Part shown: positions 43,691 through 54,239 of the stretch, piece after piece | Position numbering within the stretch: position 1 is the first letter of the stretch | Layout of the letters: each line of letters starts with the position of its first letter | From: an uncultured delta proteobacterium | Lineage (GTDB): Bacteria > Desulfobacterota > Syntrophobacteria > Syntrophobacterales > Syntrophobacteraceae | Direction: 5' to 3' | Assembly (NCBI GenBank): GCA_963808625.1 | Contig: CAWEHK010000018.1 | Location: 1 to 64,000, forward strand | Length of the DNA stretch: 64,000 bases | Made by a program: the position numbers and the translations under genes | The notes under the pieces: model-generated | What the model was told of the DNA's origin: nothing | Seen by the model: only the letters and a program-made list of their open reading frames with translations | Databases searched by the model: none

Positions 43691-45863
43691 TTGATGCGAT
43701 TTTTCCCAAAGCTGTTGCTTTTGCTTACGGCTATTGCCATTGTCCCCCTCTCCGCGGTAACGATTTATGAATGGATGGCCACGCAGCGCCTCAGTTCCGA
43801 CATTTCCGAACACGCGGGCGCCTTGCTTACCAGAGAAGCGACAGCGATGCTCGAACAAGCGGTTGAGACCTACGCCAGGCTGGTGAGGGAGCAGGCGCGT
43901 ACGCTGGAGATGATCGTCACCATGCAGGCCAGGGAAATGGAACGGCTGCTTGCGCAGGAACCTGCCGCATTACCCGAGGTATATTTTTCTGAAGCTTACG
44001 ACGAGGGCGTCGTCCCAGGTCTGATCACAGCCCCGCCGCGATATGACAGAATGGGAGATGACGGCAGTGTCATCCCGGGCCGCATTTCTCTGGAACATGC
44101 GGAGCTCAAGCTGGCGCCGCACGTTGACCGCGAAACGGTTGCCGGGGACATTGCCCGCCTCGCGAAGATGGCTGCTATCTATCGCACTTTCTACGAAAAG
44201 CACCCGAATATCCTGGTATTTCTCTATACCGCTACGGAAAGTGGTGCGTTCTCATCCTATCCCGGTATGGGAGGATTTCCGGAAGACTATGATCCCCGCC
44301 TGACCCACTGGTACAGGAGAGCCAAAGATGAGGAAGGACTGGTCTGGAACCCCCCTGCCGTCGATGCCGCCGGCATGGGGGTCTTAGCCGGCGTGAGCAT
44401 GCCCGTACGCTGGCCTGATGGTTCTTTGGCCGGCATCACCGCAATCGATGTACCCAATATTCAAGAGCTCCCATCGACCTTACCGAATGCGCCATGGGCC
44501 ACCAATCTGCAGGTCTTTCTTACGCATGTGGACCCACGTCAGGACCCGAACGAGCCGAAATTGCTGATAACCAGCGTAAAGGACTACCACAAGGAGCTCA
44601 AAGACTGGCGAACCCCGCTCCAGGAGACATGGCTCGCATCCGAGGATCAGCAAGACCTACCGCCGGATGGTCCATGGCATCCAGGAAGGCAAGTCGGGTG
44701 CTGTAAGAATGCCCTACGAGGGCCGCGACTCACTCTGGGCTTACGGGCTGATCGACAAAGGTGCCGCAGCTTTGGTCTTCATCGTCCCCATGGAAAACGT
44801 CGTTGCCAACGCCAGGGAGATGGGCGAGTTCATCTTCAACGAAGAGTACCGCGAACTGGCTGTTATCGGCACCATTGCGCTTATGGCCGTCGCTGCCGTG
44901 GTGCTGTTTTCCTTTGTGGGGTCGCGCTCCATCGCGAATCCTTTGCGGGCATTGGCAAAAGCCACCAACGAGATCGCGGCAGGGAATCTTGATGCCCGGG
45001 TCCCTGAGGTTTCTTCCCACGACGAGGTCGGCGATCTCACCCACGCCGTGGCTTCCATGCAGGGAGATTTGAGGAAATTCATCGCCGACCTCACGGAAGC
45101 TGCGGGGGCGAGGGAGCGGATCGAGAGCGAACTGAGAATTGCTCGTGAAATCCAGATGAGCTTTTTGCCCAGGGTGTTTCCTCAGTCGCCTCGCGGGAAC
45201 GAGTTTCAAGTTTTTGCCGCGATTCAGCCCGCCCGCGAAGTCGGCGGGGACCTCTACGACGTTTTCCTGATTGACGACAGCAGCCTCTTCTTTGCCATCG
45301 GTGACGTTTCCGGCAAAGGGATACCCGCAGCGCTCTTCATGGCCAAGACGAAGACGATGCTGAAAGGCATTACGCGCGAGCATCGCGTCCCCCACAAGAT
45401 CCTCACAACCATGAACACAGAACTTGCAGAGGGCAATGACACCTGTATGTTCGTAACGTTTTTCTGTGGCATATTGAATACCGGCACGGGGGAAGTCCTG
45501 TTCTGCAATGCCGGACATAATCCACCGGTAGTGCTCCGGAAGCAGGAAGACGCGACGTTCCTGTGCCCCGAGAAGACCTTGATGCTGGGGGTTTTTGAGG
45601 ACGCCAAATACTATACGGAAAGGATTTTGTTGGGCCCTGGTGACGGTCTCTTCCTCTATACCGACGGCGTCACGGAGGCAACCAACGAGACCAATGAATT
45701 CTACTCCTCCGCGCGATTGCAGAAGGACCTCTCCTCGTTTCGCGGACTTTCACCCGACGAGACGGTTGCCGCTCTCACCAATGAGCTCCGCTCCTTTTGC
45801 GGCCCGACCCCGCAGGCAGACGACATCACCATGCTCATGGTCCGTTTCACCGGCATTGGTTAG
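43691..45863 (+). CDS. Cache-HAMP-PP2C (SpoIIE/RsbU-like) sensor phosphatase (frameshift ~44660)
   Basis: YDPRLTHWY, HAMP DEVGDL, AREVGGDLYD, IGDVSGKGIPAAL, NAGHNPP, YTDGVTE, DDITML. Confidence 0.92.
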
Positions 45864-45926
45864 CAGCTTGTTCGAGAAGTAAGGACTCATTGACTCATTG
45901 ACATATTTGCGTTGACCGGAGAAGTT

Positions 45927-46316
45927 ATGGGAACACCTCGCCGATTCAGAAAGAAGGCCGATCGCTCTGTTGTGGCCGTTCCGTTAGCTCTCGACACTGA
46001 GGGGTTCACCTACAGGAAGTGGGGGGCCTCACAGCAGTGCAAACCGGGAGACTGGCTTGTCGACAACGAAGGGGATATCTACACCGTGGACGGGGCCGTA
46101 TTTGCGAAGACATATCGCAGGGTGAGCCCCGGCATCTACGTCAAGGCCACGCCGGTGTGGGCCGAGGTCGCGAGCAAACCGGGGAGTGTGGCAACCAAAG
46201 AAGGGGAATCCCACTACGAGGCGGGCGATTACCTCGTCTCCAACAACGAAGACGGCACGGATGCCTATTGCGTCAGCCGCACGAAGTTCGAGTCGATATA
46301 CGAACCAGACGAGTAG
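45927..46316 (+). CDS. PGDYG-like tandem-repeat small protein
   Basis: Two repeats: KPGDWLV..Y.VDGAVFAKTY and EAGDYLV..Y.VSRTKFESIYEP. Confidence 0.7.
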   Translation: MGTPRRFRKKADRSVVAVPLALDTEGFTYRKWGASQQCKPGDWLVDNEGDIYTVDGAVFAKTYRRVSPGIYVKATPVWAEVASKPGSVATKEGESHYEAGDYLVSNNEDGTDAYCVSRTKFESIYEPDE

Positions 46317-46335
46317 CAAAACAGTGGAGCAAGCC

Positions 46336-49300
46336 ATGTTTCCCATGGAATTTGACAGTCGCATCCTGGCCACTTTGCCGCTTCCCGGCGACGAACGGAT
46401 CAAGAATGTCATCCAGTTGCTCAGGGCGATTGTGGTCCGGCGTGTGCTCCCCTATTTCAGGAGCAAAAGGGGGACGGACCCTTTGCGGCTCGGTCATGTC
46501 CCGGATCACCTCACCATCACCCGCCTGGAAGATGAAAACAACCGGATCAGAATCGTCAGCATCATCTCGGCTGCAGATCATGACTGGAACCTAAAGATCC
46601 ACGAACGCATCTTTGATTTCCTCTCCTTTGTCCTCCCCACCGACCCCGAGGCCAGGCTCGGCGAGGGCACGCGCGAAGTACAGAAAATGCTGGCTTTCAC
46701 CGAATTCCTCCTGCGCCACCAGGTCGAACACATGCTCTATCCCGAACGGAAGGAACGGGAAGTCATTCAGGCTGACCTGGCTTTCGCGCAGGACCGCCGC
46801 ACGAGTGATCCCACTTTTTACCGCATGCTGCGCTACGCCTTATCCGACGAAATGAACGGGCTCCGGGGGGGACCGTATGTCGCCTTGTTCGATGCCTCGG
46901 AAAGAACGCTCCCCCTTGACCCTCTCATCGGGGACATTTTCAACACCCTGCCCGCGGTTCTCGGAGAATTCCCCGACAGCTTGCTCCAGGAAGTCTTTCC
47001 GGATCTGGATGCAGAGATCAAGGGCCGAGTTCTGGGCGAAATCTATCGCAAGAGTCGCGACGCTTCATGTTCTCTGCTGCAACGCACTCACGATCTCAGG
47101 CTGACACTCAACCTTTTTGCTCTGCTGACAAGAAGGAGCGAAAAAGAAGCCGTGGAGGTCTTCCGCTCCTTCATGGACCGCTGGGGGCTGGTAGACCTGC
47201 TGAAGGAGCTCGACCTTCCGGAAACAACCGTCGATGCCGAAACCCAGGAAGAGCTCCTCCACCGCTTCACCACGGCCCTTTACGCTCATCTCGAGGAGGC
47301 CTCGACAGAACCGCTGATGCGCCCTCCAAAGGCGACACCGGCGGCGCCCTCAAGGCCGGCCGAAGCGCCGGCAAAAACCCTGATGGAGCGCGTCGAGGAA
47401 GCCCGCAACAATCCGGCCGTCCCCCGGCAGGTCATCGAAGCCATCGACAAGAACAAGCAAAACGCCATCGGCCACAGCGGCTCGAAATACAGCGAACTGA
47501 TCGAAACCCTGCTCGCCATTCCCTGGGGAAGAATCCATAAAATCCAGGTGACTCCGGAGGCCTTCGAAGCGGGCCTGAACCGCTCCCACTATGGCATCCA
47601 AACGCCGAAGGAAATCCTTTGCGACTTCTTCTCCAACCTTATCTGGCGCTACCGCCGTTTTACCGAGGATCAGGCCGCGTCCTGGCGCAGGACCGGGAGT
47701 GCCTTTTTGCTCGTTGGCCCGCCGGGGGTCGGCAAGACCTCCCTTGCCATCTCGATTGCGCAGAATCTTGGCATTCCCTACCACAAAATCTCCCTCGGCG
47801 GCATGCGCGACGAAGCGGACATGCGCGGCCACGGTTTCACCTACGAAGGGTCCAAGCCGGGGGCCATCGTCCAGGGACTGATCAAGATGCAGACCATGAA
47901 TGGCATGTTCATCCTGGACGAAGCCGATAAGACCGAGAAATTTGCCATTGCGACCTTGCTGGAAATCCTCGACCCGGAACAGAATCACCTGTTTCACGAC
48001 AAGTACACGGAAACGACCGTCGACATCGATCTGTCCAACTGCCATTTCTTCCTCACGGCGAACACCCTCGAGGGCGTGCCCCCGGTCGTGGTGAACCGCT
48101 GCGAAGTGATTGTCCTGAGCCAATACAGTGTCGAGGAAAAAGTCGTCATTGCCCGCGAGCACCTGATCAAACGGCTGCGGAGCCAATACCAGATCACCGA
48201 GGAGGCCATTGCTTTTGATCCGGAAGAGGAGGCTGACCTGCTCCGCTATCTCATCCGCATTTACACCTATGAGGCGGGAGTAAGGGAGCTGGAGCGCATC
48301 ATCCGGACCCTCTTTCTGCGCATCCAGCGCAAGGAACTCTTGGACCGGGAGAATCAGTCCATCCGGATCACTCGTGAGCGGATCAAGCAATACCTCAAGG
48401 AACCCACCCGCCCGCGGCAGATCAATCCCGAAGATGCCGTCGGCGAAATGCTGGGGCTGGGAGTCGATGTGGAACGGGGCATCGGGTCGATTATTCCCAT
48501 CCAGGCCACCCAAATGGGGGCAGGCGCGACAGAAGGAGACGCGCCTCGGGGGTTTTTGAGCGTCATTCATGCCACGGGAAACATCGAAAAGGTCATGGAC
48601 GAGAGCCGCAAAGTCGCCACCACCGGGATTTTCAGTTGCGCCGCGGAACTGGGGATTGCCGGGAAGGCCGGGACCGAACCCATTCACCTGCACTTTATGG
48701 GCGGTTCGACGCGCAAGGACGGACCCTCTGCCGGAGGCGCCATTGCCCTGGCCCTGGCGTCGCTGCTTTCCGGGCGGAAGATTCGCAGGGATGTGGCCAT
48801 GACCGGGGAGATCGACACCAAGGGCCGCATTACCCTCGTGGGAGGGCTGTCCTTGAAGATCGAGACGGCCTTCAACGCCGGGTGCCGGACGATGATCATC
48901 CCCAGGGAAAACCTTTCCGGCGAAGGCGGGATCGAGCGCCTGCCGGAAGCCCTGAAGGAAGAGCTCCAGGTGCTGACCTATGAGGAATGGCGCGGCGCGC
49001 ACCCGCCCTTCGACTATTCCCGGCATATTCTGGAGGTGGTCGCCGTCGACAACATCGTCCAGGCCGCCGGGGTTGCGTTCATCGACGATTCGGAACTGGA
49101 TGCGCTCGAGGTTTGTTTTGAATCCCATGCCCGCGAAGTGGCTCACATGCTTGTGCAGGAGTCTTCCCGACTCGCCCGCGGGTTGCCGGTCCTCCAGGTG
49201 AAGACCCCGGAGGAAATCGACCCGGCAATGATTGATGCCGCTTCTGGTGAAATGTCGGCGGGCCTTCATCTGTTGGTCCTGCCGGAAGTGCGTGAGGCCG

Positions 49301-49788
49301 TCCTGGCCAGCTTGGGAGCTCGGCAGGAACGCTTTGGGATCAGTGATTTTGATCCGAAGCAGCAGAAGCTTTCCGAGGTCCTTCCAGGAATCCTGGGACC
49401 GTCTCCTGGAGAGCTTCCCTCGCCGGTTCACCTCGGCCTGATTGCCCCCTATTTTCTCCTCAAGCGGGACGGCATTAGCAGTGAAGCGTTCCCCAGCGTT
49501 CCCGGTCTTGCCGGTATAAGCCTTTTCGCAAACAACTACGCGGCACAGGAAGTCAAGATAAAACGCTGCAAACTCCTCCTCAACCAGGTTTGTTCCATTC
49601 TGGCGCTGCTGCCACCGGCAGCACTCGCCGCCTGCCCCTTCCTGACCAGGCGCGACGGCATCTACGTTGCCGATCTTTCCTTCATCCCGGAAAAATATCG
49701 CCTGGACGTGCACCGTGCCGAAAGAATCCTCAATCGCGCCCTCGCCCACTGGCTTGAAACGATCAAGCGGTTCGCGCGCGGGGGCTAA
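46336..49788 (+). CDS. Atypical Lon-family (S16) ATP-dependent protease with long unique N- and C-terminal regions
   Basis: LVGPPGVGKTSLA, GFTYEGSKPG, FILDEADK, LLEILDPEQN, EAGVRELER, KDGPSAG, AMTGEI, VGGLSLK. Confidence 0.9.
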   Translation: MFPMEFDSRILATLPLPGDERIKNVIQLLRAIVVRRVLPYFRSKRGTDPLRLGHVPDHLTITRLEDENNRIRIVSIISAADHDWNLKIHERIFDFLSFVLPTDPEARLGEGTREVQKMLAFTEFLLRHQVEHMLYPERKEREVIQADLAFAQDRRTSDPTFYRMLRYALSDEMNGLRGGPYVALFDASERTLPLDPLIGDIFNTLPAVLGEFPDSLLQEVFPDLDAEIKGRVLGEIYRKSRDASCSLLQRTHDLRLTLNLFALLTRRSEKEAVEVFRSFMDRWGLVDLLKELDLPETTVDAETQEELLHRFTTALYAHLEEASTEPLMRPPKATPAAPSRPAEAPAKTLMERVEEARNNPAVPRQVIEAIDKNKQNAIGHSGSKYSELIETLLAIPWGRIHKIQVTPEAFEAGLNRSHYGIQTPKEILCDFFSNLIWRYRRFTEDQAASWRRTGSAFLLVGPPGVGKTSLAISIAQNLGIPYHKISLGGMRDEADMRGHGFTYEGSKPGAIVQGLIKMQTMNGMFILDEADKTEKFAIATLLEILDPEQNHLFHDKYTETTVDIDLSNCHFFLTANTLEGVPPVVVNRCEVIVLSQYSVEEKVVIAREHLIKRLRSQYQITEEAIAFDPEEEADLLRYLIRIYTYEAGVRELERIIRTLFLRIQRKELLDRENQSIRITRERIKQYLKEPTRPRQINPEDAVGEMLGLGVDVERGIGSIIPIQATQMGAGATEGDAPRGFLSVIHATGNIEKVMDESRKVATTGIFSCAAELGIAGKAGTEPIHLHFMGGSTRKDGPSAGGAIALALASLLSGRKIRRDVAMTGEIDTKGRITLVGGLSLKIETAFNAGCRTMIIPRENLSGEGGIERLPEALKEELQVLTYEEWRGAHPPFDYSRHILEVVAVDNIVQAAGVAFIDDSELDALEVCFESHAREVAHMLVQESSRLARGLPVLQVKTPEEIDPAMIDAASGEMSAGLHLLVLPEVREAVLASLGARQERFGISDFDPKQQKLSEVLPGILGPSPGELPSPVHLGLIAPYFLLKRDGISSEAFPSVPGLAGISLFANNYAAQEVKIKRCKLLLNQVCSILALLPPAALAACPFLTRRDGIYVADLSFIPEKYRLDVHRAERILNRALAHWLETIKRFARGG

Positions 49789-50159
49789 GAATACCCATGA
49801 TGCGCACCGGTCATGTCTGAACACCTTTTCTGGTTGACAACGCAAACTCACCTCCATTAGGCTTGCGCTGCGCAGGGAAGAATTTTGTGGTGGTAGCTCG
49901 ATCGCTATTCTTCGCAGGCGGGCAAATCAGAGCTGTGTAACACTTAAAGGCGCAACCCATCTGCTATCGTCAGTTTCCGCGCCTCATTTCTCATCATCCG
50001 CATCCGCTAAAAAAACTTCTGTTTGGTTCGATATTCGCTCTTAAGCCATTATTGCGGAGAAGGGGGTGACAAGGGTCGAATGTAACTGGTTAGTATCATT
50101 ATTAAAAATGAAGATAGGCGAGTGTGGTTAACCAGTGAGATGACAACGGGAGGTCCAAG

Positions 50160-51926
50160 ATGCCCTACGATGCAACAAAACTGAAGGATTGGCAAATTTC
50201 CGAAGAAGCTGAAAAGAACATGCCCACGCCGTGGGAATGGCAAGAGAAGCTGGGGTTGAAAAAGGATGAAATTCTGCCCATGGGGCGGCTCTGCAAATTG
50301 GATTTCCTCAAGATCATGGAGCGTCTCAAGGATCGGCCCGATGGCAAGTATATCGAGGTGACCGCCATTACACCTACGCCCCTTGGGCGAGGGCAAGAGC
50401 ACCACTTCCTGCGGCCTTATGGAAGGCCTGGGGATGCGCGGAGTCAATGTCGGCGGGTGCTTGCGGCAGCCGTCGGGCGGGCCGACGATGAATGTCAAGG
50501 GAACCGCAGCCGGTGGCGGCAATTCGCTCCTGATCCCGATGACCGAATTCTCCATGGGGCTCACGGGCGACATCAACGACATCATGAATGCTCACAATCT
50601 GGCCATGGTGGCCCTGACCGCCCGGATGCAGCACGAGCGGAACTACAACGACGAACAACTGCAGCGGCTCACCAGGATGCGCCGCCTGGACATCGATCCC
50701 ACCCGGGTGGAAATGGGCTGGATCATGGATTTCTGTGCCCAGTCCCTGCGCAATATCGTCATCGGCATGGGCGGCCGGATGGACGGCTACATGATGCAAT
50801 CCAAGTTCGGGATTGCGGTCAGCTCCGAGCTGATGGCGACTCTCTCCATCGTCAGAGACCTGGCTGATCTTAAAGAGCGCTTGAACAACATCACGGTGGC
50901 TTTTGACAAGCGCGGCAATCCCGTAACCACAGGCGATCTGGAAGTGGGAAATGCCATGACCGCCTGGATGCGCAACACCATCAATCCCACCCTCATGTGC
51001 ACCGCCGAGTATCAGCCGTGCATGGTTCACGCCGGTCCTTTTGCCAATATCGCCGTCGGCCAGTCCTCCATCATCGCCGACCGGATCGGCCTCAAGATGT
51101 TCGATTATCATGTTACCGAGAGCGGTTTTGCCGCCGATATCGGCTTCGAGAAATTCTGGAACGTGAAGTGCCGCTACAGCGGTCTGAAGCCGCATGTTTC
51201 CGTACTGACCACAACGATTCGCGCCCTCAAGATGCATGGCGGCGGGCCGAAGGTCGTCGCCGGCATTGCCTCTGCCGGACGCCTACACCAAAGAAGACCT
51301 GGCGATTGCTGGAAAAGGGCATTCCCAACATGGTGCACCACATCAACACGATCCGGAAAGCCGGGATCAACCCGGTCGTTTGCATCAACGCCTTCCATAC
51401 CGATACCAAGGACGAGATTGCTCTGGTGCGCAAGTATGCCGAGGCCGCCGGGGCTCGTTGCGCCGCGTCCGAACACTGGGCCAAAGGCGGCGAAGGGGCC
51501 CTGGAATTTGCCGATGCGGTGATGGATGCCTGCAACGAAGAAAACGATTTCAAGTTCCTTTATCCCGTGGAAATGAAGCTGAGAGACCGGGTGGCAACGG
51601 TCGCCAGGGAAGTCTACGGCGCCGACGGCGTGGCCTGGACTCCCGAAGCCGAAGCCAAGGCCAAAATGCTCGAAGGCGATCCCAAGTATGATGACTATAC
51701 GACGATGATGGTGAAGACCCATCTCAGTCTCACCCATGACCCGACCGTCAAAGGCGTGCCCAAGGGCTGGGTCCTTCCCATCCGGGACGTGCTGATCTAC
51801 TCCGGCGCCAAGTTCCTTTGTCCCTGCGCCGGCGCCATCAGCCTGATGCCCGGGACCTCTTCCGACCCGGCCTTCCGCCGCGTGGATGTGGATGTCAAGA
51901 CCGGCAAAGTGATGGGGCTGTTTTAA
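50160..51926 (+). CDS. fhs: Formate--tetrahydrofolate ligase (two frameshifts)
   Basis: [74 protein letters not shown]. Confidence 0.97.
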
Positions 51927-51929
51927 AGA

Positions 51930-51985
51930 AGTGATGAGTGATGAGTGATGAGTAAAGAGTGATGAGTTGAGTAAAGAGTGAAAAG
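51930..51985. repeat. Short tandem GTGATGA(G) heptamer-like repeats
   Basis: gtgatgagtgatgagtgatgagtaaagagtgatgagttgagtaaagagtg between fhs and folD. Confidence 0.7.
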
Positions 51986-52043
51986 GATGAGCGTGGAGTG
52001 AACCAAGGCGGGGCAGACGATGCCCTGCCTTTATTGGGGAGGG

Positions 52044-52941
52044 ATGAAGATGCCGGCCAAGTTGCTCAAAGGGGCCGATGTGGCCAAGGAAATCCGGGCG
52101 GAACTCAAGACGGAAGTCGAGAACCTGCAGGCTAAATACGGGGTGGTACCGGGCCTGGTGACGATTCTCGTGGGGGAAAATCCTGCCTCCCAGAGCTATG
52201 TGAGAGGGAAGCAGAAGACCGCCCATGAATTGGGGTTCTATTCCATTCAGGACAATCAGCCCGCTGACTTGAGCGAAGAAAAACTGCTTGCAGCTTGTCG
52301 ATCAGTACAACAAGGACCCCAAGATCCATGGCATTCTGGTGCAGCTGCCGCTGCCCAAGCATATCAATGAAAACCGCGTCCTGCTCGCCATTGACCCGAG
52401 CAAAGACGTGGATGCTTTTCATCCGGTCAATGTCGGAAAGCTCTTGATCGGTGAGCCCGACTACCTGCCTTGCACCCCGGCGGGGATTCAGGAGCTGCTC
52501 GTCCGTTCCGGGACCGAGATTTCCGGCGCCGAAGTGGTGGTCGTCGGCCGTTCCAACATCGTGGGAAAGCCGATCGCCGCCATGCTCATGCAAAAGGCCA
52601 AGGGCGCCAATGCCACGGTCACCGTATGTCACACCCGCACGAAGGATGTGAAGTTCCATACCACCCGTGCTGACATCCTGATTGTGGCCGCCGGAGTGAA
52701 GGAATATGTCACGGGCGACATGGTCAAACCGGGCGCCGTTGTGATCGATGTGGGCGTCAACGACGTGGGAGTGACCGCAGACGGCAAGAGGATCCTCAAG
52801 GGTGATGTGGCCTTTGATCAGGCGGTGGAAATTGCCAGCGCCATCACGCCGGTGCCCGGGGGAGTCGGCCCCATGACCATCACCATGCTCATGAAGAACA
52901 CGGTCCGGGCCTGTAAGGTGCACAATAACATCAAAGATTAA
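52044..52941 (+). CDS. folD: Methylenetetrahydrofolate dehydrogenase/cyclohydrolase (one frameshift)
   Basis: LVGENPASQSYVRGK, GILVQLPLP, KDVDAFHP, PCTPAG, GRSNIVGKP, TPVPGGVGPMT. Confidence 0.97.
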
Positions 52942-53548
52942 CCCCGGCCCAATTTCAGATCCTCTACCAACCGGCCCGCAGATGCTCGTTTCATCATCTG
53001 CGGGTCAATCACTCGTTGCGCCACAAGCCTTTTTATAAAAGATTCCCAATGGTTGACCTGACTGTGGGAATACTGCCGATCTTCCGTGTAAGCCGATGAT
53101 AAGATTGTGAAACTTTTTATGTGGCCACGGTCCGGGTTTTATGGTTTAATTTTTTGTTGAGAGAAATGAGCTTCCCTCTTTAGGGCGTTCTTGATCACGC
53201 GATTTTATTGCTGGCAATACCATTCCTCGCGCATTGCTCTTCCTGACAAGCTCCTGCTAATCAATCAGCACCCCCTCAATGACGGTTGCATCGCACCACC
53301 GACAGCGTGGCCATCGTTTCTCGGAACAGTTATTAACCTCCCCTCTGTGGTCCAGGGAGTTTGGATTATCTCAAGGGCAGTTTGTTTTTTTTACGTACCG
53401 GTTAAATTTACAGGGCTTTTTGCAGGTGCATGAAACCCGTTGTCCGGGTTTGTGGTTCGAAGGTGCGAAGATGCCGGGGCGACGGGTTTGAATATTTGGA
53501 GCAAGCTTCATCATTGGTTTCGAAATCGTCAAAATAGGAGGCTGGGGT

Positions 53549-54196
53549 ATGTATGAATTTGTTCGCGGTCCGCTTTTGTGGGTTGCCTTCATCGTCTTTA
53601 TTGTCGGTATGATTTATCGGGTCGCCGCCCTGGTCAGTCTCAGCCTGAAGAAGGACCAAGTGGTCTATGACCACTTCAGCACGAAGTGGGCACTGCGGTC
53701 CATCTTCCACTGGCTGCTGCCACTCAACCGCACGGTCGCGCAGTACCCCGTGTATGCGATCATGACTTATGCCTTCCACATCCTGCTGCTGGGTGTCCCG
53801 ATCTTCCTTCTGGCTCATAACGTTCTCTGGTATGAATCGTGGAAGATAAGCTGGTGGAGTCTGCCGGAAGATGTTGCCGACTATCTGTCTCTGCTCATGC
53901 TCGCGCTGATTCTGTTTCTCGTCATCCGAAGGATGGTTGTTCCCTATGCAAGGATCGTAACCTCTGCCGTCGATTACCTGCTGCTTGTTGCCATCGCCCT
54001 GCCCTTCCTTACCGGTTATCTGGCTTACCATCAGTGGATCAACTACCAGTGGATGGTGATCCTGCATATGCTCAGCGGCGAATTGATGTTGATCCTCATT
54101 CCCTTTACCAAGCTTTCGCATATGGTCTTTTTCTTCTTTTCCAGAGCTCACATCGGCAGTGAGTTCGGAGAACGAAGAGGGACCGTAACCTGGTAA
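53549..54196 (+). CDS. tmcC: TmcC/HmcE-like membrane cytochrome b (NarI family)
   Basis: Hydrophobic; YAFHI, LAHN, LAYH, LHMLSGE, IPFTKLSHM. Confidence 0.85.
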   Translation: MYEFVRGPLLWVAFIVFIVGMIYRVAALVSLSLKKDQVVYDHFSTKWALRSIFHWLLPLNRTVAQYPVYAIMTYAFHILLLGVPIFLLAHNVLWYESWKISWWSLPEDVADYLSLLMLALILFLVIRRMVVPYARIVTSAVDYLLLVAIALPFLTGYLAYHQWINYQWMVILHMLSGELMLILIPFTKLSHMVFFFFSRAHIGSEFGERRGTVTW

Positions 54197-54239
54197 AGCG
54201 GCATAGGATTTAGAAAAAGAGAAAAAGGAGAATCAGAAG

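Noticed and set aside
47350..49857. 835-aa minus-strand ORF and other long antisense ORFs (e.g. 10261..11238, 15751..16644, 32973..33971, 51174..52226)
   Set aside because: They are shadow frames of well-supported genes in GC-rich DNA and have no recognisable motifs.
49790..50159. Possible ZTP/THF or c-di-GMP riboswitch upstream of fhs
   Set aside because: No convincing consensus; only an isolated GGGCAAA.
50160..52941. Programmed ribosomal frameshifting in fhs/folD and other split genes
   Set aside because: No consistent slippery-site pattern; assembly error explains them more simply.
52975..53004. Hairpin after folD as an intrinsic terminator
   Set aside because: A 10-bp stem is present but has no adjacent U-tract; left uncalled.
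53105..53125. Rex operator upstream of tmc (TTGTGAA...)
   Set aside because: Only one half-site matches.
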